DNA of 64,000 nt from Candidatus Spechtbacteria bacterium SB0662_bin_43 (GCA_009839835.1 VXOY01000010.1:4025-68024); one strand, 5' to 3'. Counted from the stretch's first letter, positions 42,929-53,228 are shown. Notes: a model not told the origin generated them from the sequence alone. A program made the numbers and translations.

Positions 42929-44227
42929 ATGGTAGCTCAATCAATAACCGATTTAATTGGAAATACACCACTACTAAAAATATCTAAGAACGTTCATGGA
43001 TTACAAAACATTGAACTATACGCCAAGCTGGAATTGTTTAATCCGTGGGGATCAGTCAAAGACAGAACCGCTTGGGGAATTTTGCAACCCCATTTAGATG
43101 AGCTTGGGACAAAAGATGTTATTGAGCGATCGAGCGGCAATACAGCGAAGGCATTGCAGATGATTGCCTCTATCCATGGGAGTAATTTAAAAACAATAAC
43201 CAACAGGATACGAGTTCAAGAAGCAAAGGATGTTCTCACACTCATAGGAACTCAAATCCAGGAACTCCCAGGCAAGAGTGATTGTTACGACCCTCATGAC
43301 CCGAATGATCCTGTAGCCTACATACAGCAGGAGATTGCTCAAAATAAGGATACGTATCTGTATAGCGACCAATACTTCAATGATTTAAACAGGAAGATAC
43401 ATTACGATACCACTGGAAAAGAGATAGTAGATGACATAGGAGATGTTGACTTCTTTATCGGAGGTCTCGGCACAACTGGCTCAACCCTTGGTACTGCCGA
43501 ACGTATCAAAGAACATAGCCCCGACGTAACAGTTATAGGGATTGTTGCTGAGAAGGATGATTATATCCCTGGTATCAGAAACTACGATGAAATCCTTGAA
43601 GTAGGTTTGTTTAATCCTGATTTTTATAAAGACATTGTTTCCGTTAACTCATCAGATTCTTTAGAAAGCATGATGAAGTTAATAAGGTCTGATGGTCTCT
43701 TGGCAGGCCCAACAACAGGAGCATCTTTGAAAGGATCTATAGATTATTTGCAAGAAATAGACACGACCTTAGATACACCCAAAAAAGCAGTGATTATCGC
43801 CTGCGACAGAGTAGAGTGGTATATCTCTTACATAAAGGACAGAAAACCAGAGTGGTTTGGAGAAGCGCGTGAGGAGCGCTGGGATGACAACGTCAAACAA
43901 TCCGCGTCAGTTGATCTTGATGTTGCGACAATCTCAGACTGGATTAAGAAAAACTCACCCTTAATTGTTGACCTGCGCCAGCCAATTTCTTTCAAGACCG
44001 TTCACATCCCTCATTCACTGAACCTACCATATGATAATTTGGATTTAGTGTTGAATACCACAAATCCTTTTCGCACCAACCAAAAAATTCTTTTTGTCTG
44101 TCCTATTGGAGAAAAATCATCGCGAGTAGCAAATTACCTAAAAACAAAAGATGTTGAGGCGTACAGTTTGCAAGGAGGAATCAACGCCTGGAGAGATCAG
44201 AACTTACCATTAGAACGAGATGTATAG
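42929..44227 (+). CDS. Cysteine-synthase-family PLP enzyme fused to C-terminal rhodanese
   Basis: LIGNTPL, AKLELFNPWGSVKDR, SSGNT and GTTGS; C-terminal IVDLR..HIPHS, VCPIGEKS and LQGGINAW. Confidence 0.9.
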   Translation: MVAQSITDLIGNTPLLKISKNVHGLQNIELYAKLELFNPWGSVKDRTAWGILQPHLDELGTKDVIERSSGNTAKALQMIASIHGSNLKTITNRIRVQEAKDVLTLIGTQIQELPGKSDCYDPHDPNDPVAYIQQEIAQNKDTYLYSDQYFNDLNRKIHYDTTGKEIVDDIGDVDFFIGGLGTTGSTLGTAERIKEHSPDVTVIGIVAEKDDYIPGIRNYDEILEVGLFNPDFYKDIVSVNSSDSLESMMKLIRSDGLLAGPTTGASLKGSIDYLQEIDTTLDTPKKAVIIACDRVEWYISYIKDRKPEWFGEAREERWDDNVKQSASVDLDVATISDWIKKNSPLIVDLRQPISFKTVHIPHSLNLPYDNLDLVLNTTNPFRTNQKILFVCPIGEKSSRVANYLKTKDVEAYSLQGGINAWRDQNLPLERDV

Positions 44228-45443
44228 AGTTATGTTAGACATCAAATCGCAATTCCCATTTTTCACAAACCATCCAGATGTGGTGTACTTGGATAGTGCT
44301 GCTACTACTCAAAAACCAAAAGTTGTTATAGATGCTTTGGCTGATTTTTACACGAACGACAATGCAAATGCCGGTAGGTCATCTTATTCATTAGCAAGCA
44401 AACTCGCAACACAGATTGAACACATCAGGGCAGACGTACAGCGCTTTATCGGCGCTCATGACGCCCAAGAAATACTGTTTACTGCGGGTGCGACTGATTC
44501 ATTGAATAAAGTAGCCTACTCTCTTGGCATGAACTATTTACAAGACAACGATGAAATACTGTATTGTCCGTATGACCACAAATCATTCGTACTCCCTTGG
44601 TTGAATGTACAAAAACTTTTAAAGGATAAAGGCATACATATCAGAATGGTTCCTTTTGAAATGACGAAAATGGGAAGCATTGATCGCGAGGACTTATTTT
44701 CTAAGATTACGGCTAAAACCAAAGTAATCAACGCTACCCATATACACAACATTTACGGGGCTGACAGCGATATTAATCAAATCAAAAAACACATTGGCGA
44801 TAAAGATATAATAATCAATGTGGATGCCTCTCAAAGCGTTGGTCATATACCTGTCAATGTTCAGGAGCTCGGAGCTGATACACTCTCTTTTTCAGGACAC
44901 AAAATGTTCGCTGGGCAAGGGATTGGCGTTTTATACATTAGTCAGCGTCTCCAACAGTTTATTCCTCCTGTATTTGTTGGTGGTGGCAATGGCATAACAA
45001 TAAAAGACAGGAATAAAGAAATCAGCAGCTTTACTCAATCGTACGAAGCCGGCACTCAAAACTACGCGGGAATTATAACATTAGGCAAAGCGATTGAATT
45101 CATAGAAAAGGTAGGTATTGAAAAAATTCACACACACCTTGCTGAATTGACCCAGTATTTAGTTAGTAAACTAAGGAGCATAAAAGGTATAGAGTTTGCG
45201 TATGGTCCATATTATTGGAGATGTAGCGACGGTATGGGTATAGTGTCATTTAAAATTGATAAAATCTCCCCTGAAGAATTAGGGTTTATCCTCGCCGAAA
45301 AAGGTATTTTGGTACGTACTGGCGACCACTGTATTAGCACACACGACGAATTCAACGACACCATTCGCGTAAGTATGCATATTTACAACACAAAAGAAGA
45401 CATTGATAAACTTCAAGATGTGTTAGAAAAAATTGTTGGTTAG
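44220..45443 (+). CDS. SufS/CsdA-like cysteine desulfurase (class V PLP)
   Basis: YLDSAATTQKP, DASQS, FSGHKM, EAGTQN, VRTGDHC (group II Cys) and YNTKEDID. Confidence 0.88.
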   Translation: MYRVMLDIKSQFPFFTNHPDVVYLDSAATTQKPKVVIDALADFYTNDNANAGRSSYSLASKLATQIEHIRADVQRFIGAHDAQEILFTAGATDSLNKVAYSLGMNYLQDNDEILYCPYDHKSFVLPWLNVQKLLKDKGIHIRMVPFEMTKMGSIDREDLFSKITAKTKVINATHIHNIYGADSDINQIKKHIGDKDIIINVDASQSVGHIPVNVQELGADTLSFSGHKMFAGQGIGVLYISQRLQQFIPPVFVGGGNGITIKDRNKEISSFTQSYEAGTQNYAGIITLGKAIEFIEKVGIEKIHTHLAELTQYLVSKLRSIKGIEFAYGPYYWRCSDGMGIVSFKIDKISPEELGFILAEKGILVRTGDHCISTHDEFNDTIRVSMHIYNTKEDIDKLQDVLEKIVG

Positions 45444-45639
45444 GTATGGACAGATTGTATAGACGTTGTATCAATGTACGAGTGTAAGGTATTGGCTGCA
45501 ATGCTACAAGTATTGACTTTTTGACAAAAGTATGCTATAATACACATACAGACGATGAGAGATGGGCAAGATGGTGGATGATTCTTACTCTCTCTCTCTG
45601 TATTAGTCACACTGACTGCATCACGGGGAGGGAAAAACC

Positions 45640-46359
45640 GTGAACTTCATCAAAACAGGCTTTGGGCGAGCCTTGATCGCTCTTTCCGTGGGTCTAACAG
45701 CTCTTGTCGGCGTTGTCGCCATTGCCTCGGCAGATGGCGGACAACACCACCCTTCTGGACCGCCAGACTCGTCCCAGTTCGTCTGGTTGACGCAGGACGA
45801 GTTCGAAGAGGCGTGCGACATGGAAGTTCTCGTCACCGTGCACCAGGACGATGTCTATTGGGCGCAACAGGACTACTTTGTGGGTCCTACTACCCATGTG
45901 GCAGGACGCTGGGAACCTGTGTTCTTCGCAGAAGTCGCTCCTGGGGATGATCTGTGTGCCACCGTCAGCGTTTTCGTGAATATGGAAATCAGCCTCTTGT
46001 CCGACGAGGTTCCTGGAGCACTACTGACTGGCAACGAGACCGACTGGTATAGGGCATGCTCACGTCACAGCGAGTTGTCTATCGGCTTGTCTGTTGGCAT
46101 CGCCTGCTGGGGGTACGAACTTATCTTCTTGGGTCTGTATCACGGAAATTTCCTGCATGCAGCCTACCAGGTTCGTCCGCCTGCATGGCATCGCGATCGC
46201 TCGATTACCACGTACTACGGATTCGAGTACCAAGTGGAGAGCTTCACGTTGAGCTACTTCACTGAATTCGCCCTCAGGCAGAGCGTCATCTCAGGTGTTT
46301 CGGTTCTCATCGTTGACGCACGAGACGCCATCAACGAGAGCAGCGTCACGACAAATTGA
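45640..46359 (+). CDS. Secreted orphan protein (SD-bearing)
   Basis: Signal peptide ending AIASA; TTGACT-17-TATAAT upstream; GGGGAGGG before GTG; hairpin at ~46412-46446. Confidence 0.7.
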   Translation: MNFIKTGFGRALIALSVGLTALVGVVAIASADGGQHHPSGPPDSSQFVWLTQDEFEEACDMEVLVTVHQDDVYWAQQDYFVGPTTHVAGRWEPVFFAEVAPGDDLCATVSVFVNMEISLLSDEVPGALLTGNETDWYRACSRHSELSIGLSVGIACWGYELIFLGLYHGNFLHAAYQVRPPAWHRDRSITTYYGFEYQVESFTLSYFTEFALRQSVISGVSVLIVDARDAINESSVTTN

Positions 46360-46553
46360 TGACTGCCCTCAATCCAGATTCCGTCTGCGACTTCATCCAC
46401 CGCAGATGCAAACCCTCTTACTTGCGTTCAGCGAGCAAGAGGGTTTATTGATTTTAATGAAGGAGTAGAGATTATTTCTGGTATGGGTCTGCTTGCGGGT
46501 AAAAACTTGTGTTTCCTCACCTGTGCTATTTTAATCAAGAAAATACAGTAGTG

Positions 46554-46625
46554 CTCCCCGGGTAGGATTCGAACCTACAACCCGCTCCTTAACAGGGAGA
46601 CGCTCTACCATTGAGCTACCGGGGA
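46554..46625 (-). tRNA. tRNA-Asn(GTT), CCA not encoded
   Basis: TCCCCGGTAGCTCAATGGTAGAGC..CTGTTAA..GTAGGTTCGAATCCTACCCGGGGAG folds as a cloverleaf. Confidence 0.96.
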
Positions 46626-46764
46626 ATAGTTGTGTTTTGTATATTTTACGACTTTCTTATTATACCTTCTTTTATCTTTCTGACAATAGATATTCTTTTC
46701 CGGTGCGCATTAAAAGAGTATAGGTTGTGGTGTTTTTTTGATAGAGTATGGTACAAACAAGTAT

Positions 46765-47259
46765 ATGATAGCGTTATTGGAAAACATACGGAGTATGCAT
46801 AATGTTGGTTCTGTTTTTAGAACCTGTGATGGGGTAGGGGTGAAGAAGGTGTACCTCTGTGGCTATACTCCTGCTCCTGTGCACGAGATATTAGGACACA
46901 AAAGACCTCAAATTGAGAAGGTTGCTTTGGGGAGTACCGATACTGTTGCGTGGGAAAAAGTTTCTGTTGCGTGGCGATTGGTGGAGCGATTGAAGAAGGA
47001 GAAGTACACGATTATGGCTCTGGAACAAAGCAGTGCAGCGGTTTCTCTGGACACAGTGTCTTTGTCCAAGGGTGAGTGGGATACGACCGTGCTTGTTGTT
47101 GGAAATGAGATTGAGGGCGTGAGTAAGCCTGTATTAAAAAGAGCAGATACTATCGTGGATATTCCTATGTTGGGAGCAAAGCGTTCCTTGAATGTTTCTG
47201 TTGCGTTTGGTGTTGCAGTGTACACGTTACTATTTTCAATAAAGAGAGAGGAGGGGTGA
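46765..47259 (+). CDS. TrmH/SpoU-family RNA methyltransferase
   Basis: ENIRSMHNVGSVFRT, VGNEIEGV and IPMLGAKRSLNVSVA. Confidence 0.93.
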   Translation: MIALLENIRSMHNVGSVFRTCDGVGVKKVYLCGYTPAPVHEILGHKRPQIEKVALGSTDTVAWEKVSVAWRLVERLKKEKYTIMALEQSSAAVSLDTVSLSKGEWDTTVLVVGNEIEGVSKPVLKRADTIVDIPMLGAKRSLNVSVAFGVAVYTLLFSIKREEG

Positions 47260-47359
47260 TATACGGAGGAGGGGAAGAGGTATCCCTTGATTATAGCGCC
47301 TATTTTGTTATATAATGGGCGTGATGCGCTATGCATCAAGAGACTGAAGGGACAGAACA

Positions 47360-48019
47360 ATGAGCCAGTCTCGTAGTGCTCGTGAGACCAGGTTGCAGCA
47401 CGAGCAGCAACAAGAAGGCATCCAAGGGGAAGATGTGGAGGCGTTAAATCCACTTTCTGTCCTCGGGAGTGTGAAGATCCTTCTGGCTGGTGCTGACACC
47501 ACAATCCAGAAGGATCTGCAGAAGTTTGAGGATTTTGTACACAGAACGCAGGAAACAATCAACGAGAGTCCGTTCGCAAACAACAATCTTGTACGGTTGA
47601 TTGCGTACAAGGTGATTCTGGTCGTGTTGCACAAATACCTTGTCAACCGTTCTTTCATCAAGCCCTACAAAGGGTTTGTGGACTCGGTGTTTCGGGGTAT
47701 TTACACTTTCACGACCGTGTCGCTGGTCTCAAAAGCAACTCCGTCACTGGTTGATAGGCGTGTCCGAGAGTCGTACTACGACATTACCTACAACATCGTT
47801 CGTGTCTTCTTGAAGAAAGAGTACGACCACGACGCTGTTGTCAGTATCGTTGAGGACATTGTTCGTGAATACGAGGCACAGTGCAGCGCGCTTGAGAACG
47901 GCGAAGCGCACGAGCACGATTCCCAGCACCGTTCCACAATCCTTGCCCAGTGTATTGTGAACCGTCTGTTCACAGAATATTGGGAAACACAATTTGATGT
48001 CCGTGTTTTTCCAGGCTGA
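47360..48019 (+). CDS. Hypothetical protein (orphan, SD-bearing)
   Basis: 219-aa ORF; TATAAT at ~47311 and GAAGGGA before ATG. Confidence 0.65.
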   Translation: MSQSRSARETRLQHEQQQEGIQGEDVEALNPLSVLGSVKILLAGADTTIQKDLQKFEDFVHRTQETINESPFANNNLVRLIAYKVILVVLHKYLVNRSFIKPYKGFVDSVFRGIYTFTTVSLVSKATPSLVDRRVRESYYDITYNIVRVFLKKEYDHDAVVSIVEDIVREYEAQCSALENGEAHEHDSQHRSTILAQCIVNRLFTEYWETQFDVRVFPG

Positions 48020-48221
48020 GGTGCGTTGTTGCATTAAGGTACTTTACTTTCAATCACAAGACAGTACGCGTCATCACCTCGAACCCTATGTATAGGACTG
48101 CTCTCAGCACTCGTGGCTGGAGGAGGCATTATGCATCATCCACACCCTATGTATAGGGTGTTTCTTTTTTTGCAACATTACAGCCAGTTCTGTACACTTT
48201 TTCTGTTTTTCAATATATGAA

Positions 48222-48322
48222 AGAGAATACGATTTTACTTTTTTATGCCCAGCTTATGTATAAAGACAATTTCATATACAGTGGTGGTAGTTTATGCATA
48301 AAAAAGTAAAATCGTATTCTCT
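48222..48322. repeat. Dispersed structured repeat, family A (copy 1)
   Basis: Perfect 27-bp inverted repeat AGAGAATACGATTTTACTTTTTTATGC / GCATAAAAAAGTAAAATCGTATTCTCT around a conserved core. Confidence 0.85.
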
Positions 48323-48418
48323 CTAAAGTGTCGTGTGTTTTATTACAATACTACGTTTTTGGTATAATAGTATGATATACATAGGAAAAGGGGAGAGAAA
48401 TAAGGATAATATTATGAT

Positions 48419-49162
48419 ATGGATCGCGAACGGATAAAAAAACAGGGTATCATTTTTTTGCTTACTATCTGTATTGTGTGCGGTGTTAGTGCGATAGGCA
48501 TTGTGCTCGTACAAACGTTGCAGGTCAGCGAACAGGTTTTGATCGTCCGATACGAAGACACGGAAAGCATACAAGAAGCAGAAAAGCTGGGCGTTGATTT
48601 TCTGGAGGTAGGGGAGTTGATGACTGTACCACTGGGAGATGATCGGTATCGTGTTGGGGCGTTTGTTACAAATCCGAATAAAAATTGGATTGCTCAGTCG
48701 TTTGAATACAATGTTATAGCAGACACTGTTCCTCAACGTCATATTGCAGCAGGGGTGAGTAGTGTTGGTATGGCGCAGGATGTGTTGTTGGTTGCCGATG
48801 TGTTTGTTGATGAGTTTGCTCTTTACGATGTAGCGTTTGTAATACACCAGGTTGATTGGGAACCGCGAGACAATAGTCGTGCTATAGTACGGGTTCGGAA
48901 TCCTATATTTGAGTACGGTAGTCGCAACGGAACGTTTTTCGTTGAGGTTTCAGGCACTCTTGTGAACGACTCTGATTCGTTCGTACACGAAGGCTCTCTC
49001 GGTATCATTGGAACTGATACGAGTGGAGATACAACGTTACTTGGAGAAACGAAGTTTTACTCGTTGCATCCTTCGTCTCAACAACATTTTACGTTGCAAT
49101 ACGAGGCTGATGAGGATGTCGTGGTACACGATATCCGTTTTGTTATCTCTTCATTAGAGTAG
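48419..49162 (+). CDS. Hypothetical membrane-anchored protein (beta-rich ectodomain)
   Basis: Single N-terminal TM; abuts rodA. Confidence 0.7.
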   Translation: MDRERIKKQGIIFLLTICIVCGVSAIGIVLVQTLQVSEQVLIVRYEDTESIQEAEKLGVDFLEVGELMTVPLGDDRYRVGAFVTNPNKNWIAQSFEYNVIADTVPQRHIAAGVSSVGMAQDVLLVADVFVDEFALYDVAFVIHQVDWEPRDNSRAIVRVRNPIFEYGSRNGTFFVEVSGTLVNDSDSFVHEGSLGIIGTDTSGDTTLLGETKFYSLHPSSQQHFTLQYEADEDVVVHDIRFVISSLE

Positions 49163-50286
49163 TGTGTATGGTTTGGTCGTGGATACTATCTTTGAAAAAT
49201 CACGATTGGGTACTGAATGGCGCGTCTTGTGTTGTGATATGTATTGGGTTGCTGTCGCTTTTTAGTGCTGGGACTGACCAGTTCTATAAACAGATTATTT
49301 GGATTTTTTTGGGAGGCATCTTGTTTCTTATAGTGAGTTCGCTTGATTACCGCATTTTTTCTGCTCATTTCTTTCCTGCACTTGCGTTGTATCTCGTGAG
49401 TGTTTTGGGGATTGTTGCTGTTGATCTTGTTGGCATTACTGTTCGCGGGAGCGAACGGTGGATTGATACAGGACTATTTCTGATAGAACCTGTTGAACCT
49501 CTGAAAATAGCGTTGATTTTGATATTGGCAAAGTATTTCTCGGTGCGGAACAGAGAGGTGCATAAGGCAAGAAACGTCATTGTGCCCGTGATTTACTTCT
49601 TTATCCCTGCGTTTCTGGTTTTTCTACAGCCCGACCTTGGTTCGCTCATCGTTCTATTCGGTATTTGGCTTGGGATGGTTATTGTTGCAGGGACAAAAAT
49701 AAGACACTCTTTCGTCATTGTATTGGGTGGAATATCTTTGTCTGTGATAGCGTGGTTATTTTTTCTGTACGATTACCAAAAAGAGAGAATTATATCGTTT
49801 TTGAATCCCTCGCTTGATCCTCTGGGTTCAAGCTACAATGCGATTCAGTCTGTTATTACTGTTTCGTCTGGTGGTTTATGGGGCAAGGGATTAGGGCAGG
49901 GAACTCAATCTCAGTTAGGTTTTTTGCCTGAAGCAACAACCGATTTTATTTACGCAGCAATCGTGGAAGAAATGGGCATTATTGTTGGGTGTCTTATCAT
50001 TGTTCTGTTCTGTGTTATCGTGTGGAGGCTGTGTCGCATAGCGTTGCGGGCGAGGAGTAATTTTGCGCGCATTGCGGTTTTTGGAGTTGCGCTTCTGATA
50101 GCGATACAGGCTGGTTTCAATATCGGTATGGTTGTCGGAATCCTGCCTATTACTGGACTCACGCTTCCGTTGATGAGCTATGGCGGGAGTAGCATGGTAA
50201 CGATATGCGTTGCGTTGGGAATCGCACAAAGCGTGCATAGAAATTCGTACGTAGAGTACGAAAAAACTGTTATTGCGTTGGAGTAG
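49162..50286 (+). CDS. rodA: SEDS protein RodA
   Basis: GSERWI, LQPDLGS, GKGLGQGTQ, FLPEATTDFI and PITGLTLPLMSYGGSS. Confidence 0.9.
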   Translation: MCMVWSWILSLKNHDWVLNGASCVVICIGLLSLFSAGTDQFYKQIIWIFLGGILFLIVSSLDYRIFSAHFFPALALYLVSVLGIVAVDLVGITVRGSERWIDTGLFLIEPVEPLKIALILILAKYFSVRNREVHKARNVIVPVIYFFIPAFLVFLQPDLGSLIVLFGIWLGMVIVAGTKIRHSFVIVLGGISLSVIAWLFFLYDYQKERIISFLNPSLDPLGSSYNAIQSVITVSSGGLWGKGLGQGTQSQLGFLPEATTDFIYAAIVEEMGIIVGCLIIVLFCVIVWRLCRIALRARSNFARIAVFGVALLIAIQAGFNIGMVVGILPITGLTLPLMSYGGSSMVTICVALGIAQSVHRNSYVEYEKTVIALE

Positions 50287-50436
50287 GTGGTTGCCGCGTC
50301 ATTGAAGCACAGAATCAGATAACAGGGGTATTGACAAAATAGTAAAAGTATATTATAGGAAAGGTGCAGATGCGTCACTGCATTATAAAAGCGCGCAAGA
50401 AACCAGTGAGTCGGGTCAGCAAGAAAGGATACAGCA

Positions 50437-52188
50437 ATGTCCGACCAACACACTGTGAGTGGGGGGTCGCAACGACGTCGGTCGGCGTTGTTGTCTCTCC
50501 TTATGCTCTTCACTATCGCAGCACTTGGGCTCGGCGCTTTCGCCGCGTACATGGTGTTGCGGAGCGAGGAGACGCAAGAGGGTCTGCCGCCGTTGACCGT
50601 GATGGTGCAAGACCACGAAGGAGAGCCGGTCAAGCTCGCAACCGTCGCAATTGAGCCTCTGGGCTCAACCGACCGGATGGAGCTTGTTTCCAGGCAGACC
50701 GACCATCGCGGAATGGTCTTTCTGCGCCCCAACGGGTCGTGGGACCAGGACACCGTGTCGTCAATCGAGATGATCGTGGATGTCAACGACGATGGGATGT
50801 CTGAGTACTCCGCAGTTCTCACGCTTCTGGGCGAAGTGTGGGTAGCCAATAAGTCGCATCCCTGGCTGGCTATCACGACCGAGGGTCTGGTGGCTACGCT
50901 GGAGGAAGGTCTCGTGATGAGCGAGGCTGAGGGTGACGATTCAAGTGCTACCAACGACCAGCTCATTGTGGCAGAGGAAGTCACAACAGAAGAGACCGTA
51001 GCCGTTGCAACAACGCAGCGGTCAGGCTCGCGACAACCTCAGTCACAGCAGCCCGCACAACCAGAGACTGTTGCAGCGCAGCAAGAGCGGCAATTCACAT
51101 TCCCAGTGGTTCAGACACTGAGTGGCGTGACCGTGTCGTTCAACTGTGGTGACACTGGGGTGTCGGCAACGCTCGAGTCGTTCGAAGTCCGGCTCAGTGT
51201 CGCGGAGGATGGTCGCATCGTTGCGATTATCACCGTTATTGAGAGCGAGGTCAATCCAGACCTCGTAGGTGAGTCGTTCGTCTTTGATCTCGAGGAGAAC
51301 GGGTTTGAAAGCTCGATTCGAGTTGACGACTACTCACTCTCCGATCTTCGTTCCCACACCTCGTCAATGATCCGAGAGGTCGGCAAAGCCGAACTCGAGA
51401 ATCGGCGAACAGCGATTCTCGAAGCGAACGATTTCCGGTGTTTCTATGGCAGAGCGACTGTGGAGCGCGCAGTTGAGCACTCATGCCCGGGTGAGCTTGG
51501 TGGAACGATTTCCACCACTCCCGTGGTTGTTACTATCAACCGCGACACCATCGAAAACACTCCGGTGATTACCGATGGTGGTACGGCTGGTACGTACCCC
51601 TTGAGTGCCATCACGGTTTTGGGCGATCGCGCTACGGGCCAACAGGACGCAGACAACTTTGCCTCTGCTATCGCGGATCAGGTGGCGCAACATCGCTACA
51701 ACATCGCGCTTGCGAGAGTGAAGGCGCAGTGTCTCACTGACCAGGGCAGCGAAGATGTCGTTGGGCAGGGTGACGACACCCTGCAGGAGGACGACATGCT
51801 TGAGGAGGCCGAAGACGACCTCTTAGAGGCCGACGAGGACACCTCTTCTTCAAGCCCAGGGTCTGGCGCTGGAGAGCCGTTGCCTATCATGGCATCAATT
51901 CAGCGAGTCCAGATGTACGTCACTCTGTCTGATGGCACCAGGGTAGATATGGAACCGTTCGAGGCGGTGGTCGTGATCGACCCCGACCTCATTGTGACGG
52001 CAGCCATTGACAACGCACTGGTCCTGGACATCGTGAGTTACGGGCTTCCTGAGTCGGTGAACGCAAGCCAGGCAACGCAGCGGTTCGCGTTCCTGATGCT
52101 CAACACCTTGATTGCTGTTGAGCGACAACAGCGAGCCGAGGCGTACGCCAGTCTGCATGGCATTACGGACTACACAGTGCCTAAGTAG
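50437..52188 (+). CDS. Large acidic membrane-anchored orphan protein (SD-bearing)
   Basis: N-terminal RRR+TM; AGAAAGGA SD; visibly GC-richer codons; terminator at 52200-52238. Confidence 0.75.
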   Translation: MSDQHTVSGGSQRRRSALLSLLMLFTIAALGLGAFAAYMVLRSEETQEGLPPLTVMVQDHEGEPVKLATVAIEPLGSTDRMELVSRQTDHRGMVFLRPNGSWDQDTVSSIEMIVDVNDDGMSEYSAVLTLLGEVWVANKSHPWLAITTEGLVATLEEGLVMSEAEGDDSSATNDQLIVAEEVTTEETVAVATTQRSGSRQPQSQQPAQPETVAAQQERQFTFPVVQTLSGVTVSFNCGDTGVSATLESFEVRLSVAEDGRIVAIITVIESEVNPDLVGESFVFDLEENGFESSIRVDDYSLSDLRSHTSSMIREVGKAELENRRTAILEANDFRCFYGRATVERAVEHSCPGELGGTISTTPVVVTINRDTIENTPVITDGGTAGTYPLSAITVLGDRATGQQDADNFASAIADQVAQHRYNIALARVKAQCLTDQGSEDVVGQGDDTLQEDDMLEEAEDDLLEADEDTSSSSPGSGAGEPLPIMASIQRVQMYVTLSDGTRVDMEPFEAVVVIDPDLIVTAAIDNALVLDIVSYGLPESVNASQATQRFAFLMLNTLIAVERQQRAEAYASLHGITDYTVPK

Positions 52189-52199
52189 TTCGCGCCTCT

Positions 52200-52238
52200 A
52201 CGGGCGGAGCATTCATTTGCTCCGCCCGTTCCATTTTT
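52200..52238 (+). terminator. Intrinsic terminator
   Basis: ACGGGCGGAGCA...TGCTCCGCCCGT followed by a T-rich tail. Confidence 0.8.
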
Positions 52239-52281
52239 AATCTCATTCTTTTTTTTAGTGCAGAGATTTTCTCATAGAGAG

Positions 52282-52384
52282 TATAGACGATGGTATTTAC
52301 TTTTTTATGCCAAGGTCATCTATGAAACAATTGTATCTATATAGGTAGTATTTATGCATAAAAAAGCAAATACCATCGTCTATA
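52282..52384. repeat. Dispersed structured repeat, family A (copy 2)
   Basis: 29-bp inverted repeat with one mismatch: TATAGACGATGGTATTTACTTTTTTATGC / GCATAAAAAAGCAAATACCATCGTCTATA. Confidence 0.85.
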
Positions 52385-52497
52385 ATGTATAACTTGTAGC
52401 GAACAATAAGAGAGTTTTATAGATATAAACGAATTTTTACAATGGGGATTTATCCAGTATCGTAAACGAGCAAGATGGTGTATACTTATAAGAGTAT

Positions 52498-53196
52498 ATG
52501 ATGAAAAGCATTAAAACTATTTTACGGGGACACGTGAAAGACGCTGTGTACGCTGCGAACGATGGAGCTGTAACAACCTTTGCAGTTGTTGCAGGAGTTG
52601 TTGGAGCCTCATTGGGTAAGCCTGAACTTTTGATTCTTGGGTTTGCAAGCCTGTTTGCCGATGGTTTTTCTATGGCAACAGGTAATTTTTTAGGAACGCG
52701 ATCTGAAAGCGATCAATACGTGCACGAAAAGGAAGCAATGAAGAAAGAATTCAGCGGAGATGGGCGCCTGGCGAAAGAAGATGCGGGCAAGTTTCTGAAA
52801 GAAAGGGGTTTTTCAGACCAAGACGCAGAACAATTGTCTGCGGTGATGGTCAGGAACAAGCCATTTTTCCTTGACATTATGATATCGCATCGCTTGGGTA
52901 TCAGCGACAGCAACACAAAAGACGCGTTGCGTAGTGCTGTGATAACGTTTCTTTCATTTTTATTCGCAGGTATTATTCCACTTCTGCCCTATATCTTTTT
53001 GAGTAGCCAAGATACTTCGCATAATTTTGTGTGGGCGTGTGTTTTCACCGGTGTCGCGCTTTTTGGTATTGGCGCGCTTCGGACGTTGTACTCGGATAAG
53101 AAGTGGTGGAGTGGAGGGTTTGAGATGTTGCTTGTTGGAGGCGTTGCAGCAATTATCGCGTATGCAGCAGGGTATGCGATTCAAGGAATCGTTTAG
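52498..53196 (+). CDS. VIT1/CCC1-family metal transporter
   Basis: DAVYAANDGAVTTFAVVAG, ADGFSMATGNFL and AGIIPLLPY. Confidence 0.92.
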   Translation: MMKSIKTILRGHVKDAVYAANDGAVTTFAVVAGVVGASLGKPELLILGFASLFADGFSMATGNFLGTRSESDQYVHEKEAMKKEFSGDGRLAKEDAGKFLKERGFSDQDAEQLSAVMVRNKPFFLDIMISHRLGISDSNTKDALRSAVITFLSFLFAGIIPLLPYIFLSSQDTSHNFVWACVFTGVALFGIGALRTLYSDKKWWSGGFEMLLVGGVAAIIAYAAGYAIQGIV

Positions 53197-53228
53197 CAGC
53201 ATCTCTATTACGAAACTATCAACGTAGA

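Noticed and set aside
39940-46625. Integrative element at tRNA-Asn carrying the Fur/PLP operon
   Set aside because: No integrase and no duplicated tRNA 3' end seen near 39940-40050.
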